Source of the DNA: Vulcanimicrobiota bacterium
GTDB taxonomy: Bacteria > Vulcanimicrobiota > Vulcanimicrobiia > Vulcanimicrobiales > Vulcanimicrobiaceae
Assembly: GCA_963795855.1 (NCBI GenBank)
Contig: CAWCIZ010000002.1
Span: 544,001-608,000 of the forward strand
Direction: 5' to 3'
DNA length: 64,000 bases
The notes under the pieces were generated by a model that saw nothing but the letters and a program-made list of their open reading frames with translations, was not told the origin of the DNA and did not search any database. Positions 61,542-64,000 of the stretch are shown here, one piece after another. Made by a program: the position numbers and the translations under genes. How positions within the stretch are numbered: position 1 is the first letter of the stretch; each line of letters begins with the position of its first letter.

Positions 61542-61712
61542 ATGAGCGGTCCACGGATAGGTACGGCGTTCTATCTGGCGGCGATGATAGTCGTCATAGT
61601 CGCTTTAGACGTCGCATTCTTTAGAAATCGATTCTGGGAACGGCTGATCGCAAACATCGGTATCGTGCTTGTGTTCGCAGCCTTCTACATGCGCTTCTTC
61701 AGGAATCCGTGA
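61542..61712 (+). CDS. Small two-TM membrane protein, 56 aa
   Basis: Manual translation MSGPRIGTAFYLAAMIVVIVALDVAFFRNRFWERLIANIGIVLVFAAFYMRFFRNP*; not in the ORF track. Confidence 0.7.
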   Translation: MSGPRIGTAFYLAAMIVVIVALDVAFFRNRFWERLIANIGIVLVFAAFYMRFFRNP

Positions 61713-61720
61713 CCTCCGGG

Positions 61721-62640
61721 TTACAAAACGGAGGACCGCGTTTGCGCCATAATCCACGATTCAAAATCCGGCTTTAACATAGGGGCCGCCATTGCAACGC
61801 TCTGCGCGTACCGGACTTCAAAGGAGCGCAGGACATTCCACTGCAACTCGCGGTCCCCGTGCACGTAGATGTCCCATGGAAGCACGCCGGCCCAGCCGGT
61901 TTCCAAACGATCCACGGGGATTTTCACAAAATTGAGCGGCAGCGACTGCAGCAGGCTCACATCGATGACGGTTCTGGAATCATCCATCTCGACGCCGACT
62001 TCCCCGATGGCGGAAAGCCGCCGCACCACGCCGGCAAAACGTTCATCGTATTGACCGTCGTGTTTGAGCTCCAAGACGAGCATCGCGGGAGCGGCGGCAT
62101 GCGTCGCACTCGCTGCGTCGAGAAACGAAGTTGACTCAGCGTCGGCCAACGTTACGTTCACGTGCATTTTGTCGATGCCGTTCGCGCGCAGGCTCGCGGC
62201 GATCGTCGAAGACGCATGAATCGCATCTATTGGCGCGCCCAGAGCTGCACTCGCGTCGCCCGGCGAAGAGCCACCGAAAATATCGGCTGGATTCGCAGAA
62301 GGCTTGCGTCCGTTTGCGCTGTCGCTGTCGGTGCCGCAGTACCTTCTGCCGGCGCGTGTGAAACCAATTGTGCGAGCAGCTCGACGACCCAATCGTCGAG
62401 CAACGATGGTAGAACGAACGATTGCTCGTCGCGAGAACCGCAAACTAAGCACCAATCGATGCCGCCTGCATCGAACTGCTGATGTATTGCGTAATCCAGG
62501 TGCAGCGACTTGCGGACACCGCGCCACGCGTTCTCGCTCTCGCCCTCCCACGGAACCGTAGCACCGGCCAGCTCGGCATCATTCGATGCGGCGACCAGCG
62601 CGCTGTTGCCGGCGATCCGTAGGAGAGCGAAGATGCGATC
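61721..62640 (-). CDS. Degenerate EAL-domain-like protein, probable frameshift near 62243, start unclear
   Basis: Upstream frame ...RIQPIFSV...; downstream frame HVNV, LVLEL, VEMDD, LPLNFVKI, YAQ; no EAL motif. Confidence 0.45.
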
Positions 62641-62645
62641 CGCGC

Positions 62646-63308
62646 TTATTCGTCGTTCAGCGTCGCGCCTACGTGGCCATCCGTTTCCAGCCGCGCCCGC
62701 TCTTTTCGAAGTGAAGCCGACACGTGCTGCGTTTCCTCGACTGGGCGCTTTTCCACGCCGACCTCCTCGGTTGTGACGACTTCTTTTTCGACTTGCACTT
62801 CATCGCGCAACACCGGAATGCGAACTTCTTCGCCTTCACCGAGTTCGGCCCGATCCTCGGGCTCGTCGACGCGGCGCCGGGTAAGGAGAACCTCTTCGCG
62901 CTTCACCGGTACGTCGATCTCTTCTTGTCGCGTCTCGACGTCCTTGGTGAGACGAACCTCGCCTTCTTTTTCGGCATGTTTCGTAACGTTTAGGCGCTCC
63001 TCGTGCAGCTTCATCGTGCCGCCGTTTGTTTCCGTTGCGCCCATGCGCCCGCCGTAACGAGCGAGAACCGGTTCGAGCGTTTCGCGATCCGCGCGCTGCA
63101 CGACGAGCAGAGCACCGTCCCCGTTACTTCCATCAAGTTCCTCGCCACTGAAGAATCGCTTCACGCCATCGAGAAAGCCGCCGCCTTCGGAACCTTGTAC
63201 GGCAATGTCGCCGTTATCCACACCGGAAGCGCGTAATTCATCGGCCGCTGCGTCCGCCGAGGCACGATCGGGAAAGAATGCTCGGATTTGATTGCTGCCA
63301 TCGTCCAT
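62646..63308 (-). CDS. YsnF/AvaK (DUF2382) general stress protein
   Basis: LHEERLNVTK...GEVRLTKDV...VPVKREEV...LRKE. Confidence 0.88.
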   Translation of the reverse strand: MDDGSNQIRAFFPDRASADAAADELRASGVDNGDIAVQGSEGGGFLDGVKRFFSGEELDGSNGDGALLVVQRADRETLEPVLARYGGRMGATETNGGTMKLHEERLNVTKHAEKEGEVRLTKDVETRQEEIDVPVKREEVLLTRRRVDEPEDRAELGEGEEVRIPVLRDEVQVEKEVVTTEEVGVEKRPVEETQHVSASLRKERARLETDGHVGATLNDE

Positions 63309-63313
63309 ATCGC

Positions 63314-63988
63314 TTAAAGTCTCCGTCGTTTCAGATCTAGAGGGGAGCTTTTCCCTTCGGTAGTAGCAGCAAACGTGCTTGTGCGATCCCCGGTCGAGCA
63401 ATCGACATGATGCACTTCGAGCACTTCATGACGCAGCGGTTCGCTAATGTGCGCCACCGACTCGGCGGACTCGCGACGAATGGTAACCTCATTCGTGACG
63501 ACCATGCGTTTTTGCAGGTCGACTTCCTCGTGTTTGGTTGGTATGCGTAAGACTTCAGGTTCTTCTCCGGGCGACGTGCGGACCACGACCAATTCCTCGC
63601 GCGTGAGCGGAACGTCGATGTGTTGCGTGACCGAGCGGACGATTTTACGTATGCGTACCTCCGCGTCGCTGACGTACCGTTTGCTGACCTTCAACTTTTC
63701 CGCGTGCAACGGGATACGGACCGTTTCGTCGCTCGGTTCGGCAAGTGCATCCGCACCGGCTTCGCGCAGCGCGTGCAGGCGCTCATCGGCATGAAAGGCG
63801 GCCGGCAGCAAAAGCATGACGCGGCCGGATGCGATTTGCCGCTCGGCGTCCGCGGCACGTTCGACCGACACGCCAACTTCCTGCAATTGCGGCGCAACCG
63901 GACCTTCGCACGGTATGGCACCGGTCTCGTTACAGAAGTCAATGAGATCGCGTACGTCGGCAATCGCGGCGCAAACCTCATCGGGCAA
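63314..63988 (-). CDS. Second DUF2382/YsnF-like protein (may start beyond the window)
   Basis: IPLHAEKLKVSKR...EVRIRK...VPLTREEL...LRHE. Confidence 0.75.
   Translation of the reverse strand: MPDEVCAAIADVRDLIDFCNETGAIPCEGPVAPQLQEVGVSVERAADAERQIASGRVMLLLPAAFHADERLHALREAGADALAEPSDETVRIPLHAEKLKVSKRYVSDAEVRIRKIVRSVTQHIDVPLTREELVVVRTSPGEEPEVLRIPTKHEEVDLQKRMVVTNEVTIRRESAESVAHISEPLRHEVLEVHHVDCSTGDRTSTFAATTEGKSSPLDLKRRRL
63350..63374 (-). promoter_or_regulatory. SigB-like promoter
   Basis: GTTTgc-N13-GGGAAA upstream of the DUF2382 gene. Confidence 0.55.
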
Positions 63989-64000
63989 AACGCCTTGCGC

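Noticed and set aside
9842..62640. Mass pseudogenisation or programmed frameshifting of about 15 genes
   Set aside because: Each has single indels with intact motifs and no other decay or slippery sites; clustering at AGCT fits sequencing error better.

Overview
High-GC bacterial chromosomal window with about 63 genes and no rRNA, tRNA, CRISPR array or recognisable mobile element. The gene content (TonB-dependent receptors with carboxypeptidase-regulatory-like N-termini, many secreted hydrolases, leaderless promoters) suggests a diderm soil bacterium such as Eremiobacterota; this is inference only. Three results stand out. (1) A candidate new RiPP-type system at about 19.7-25.3 kb. A 56-aa ORF missing from the ORF track (21104-21274, minus strand, MDYIKPDIVTSYHMSTLMSEATGFASSPCSPNSGFGDDSAHCDFGGPKSVFPDGDY) has a strong RBS, a YxxP leader motif, an Asp/Cys-rich core ending in Asp-Tyr, and its own terminator. 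It is flanked by a ROXA/NO66-type JmjC hydroxylase, a His-triad cupin, a SAM methyltransferase and two tandem sulfotransferase-like paralogs. (2) An AhpD/CMD-family selenoprotein (35537-36094) with an in-frame CPF-UGA codon and an fdhF-like SECIS hairpin. (3) About 15 single-base frameshifts, about 11 of which can be repaired at or next to AGCT. This points to sequencing errors at a methylated AGCT motif rather than to real pseudogenes. All product calls come from motif recognition by eye; no database searches were run.
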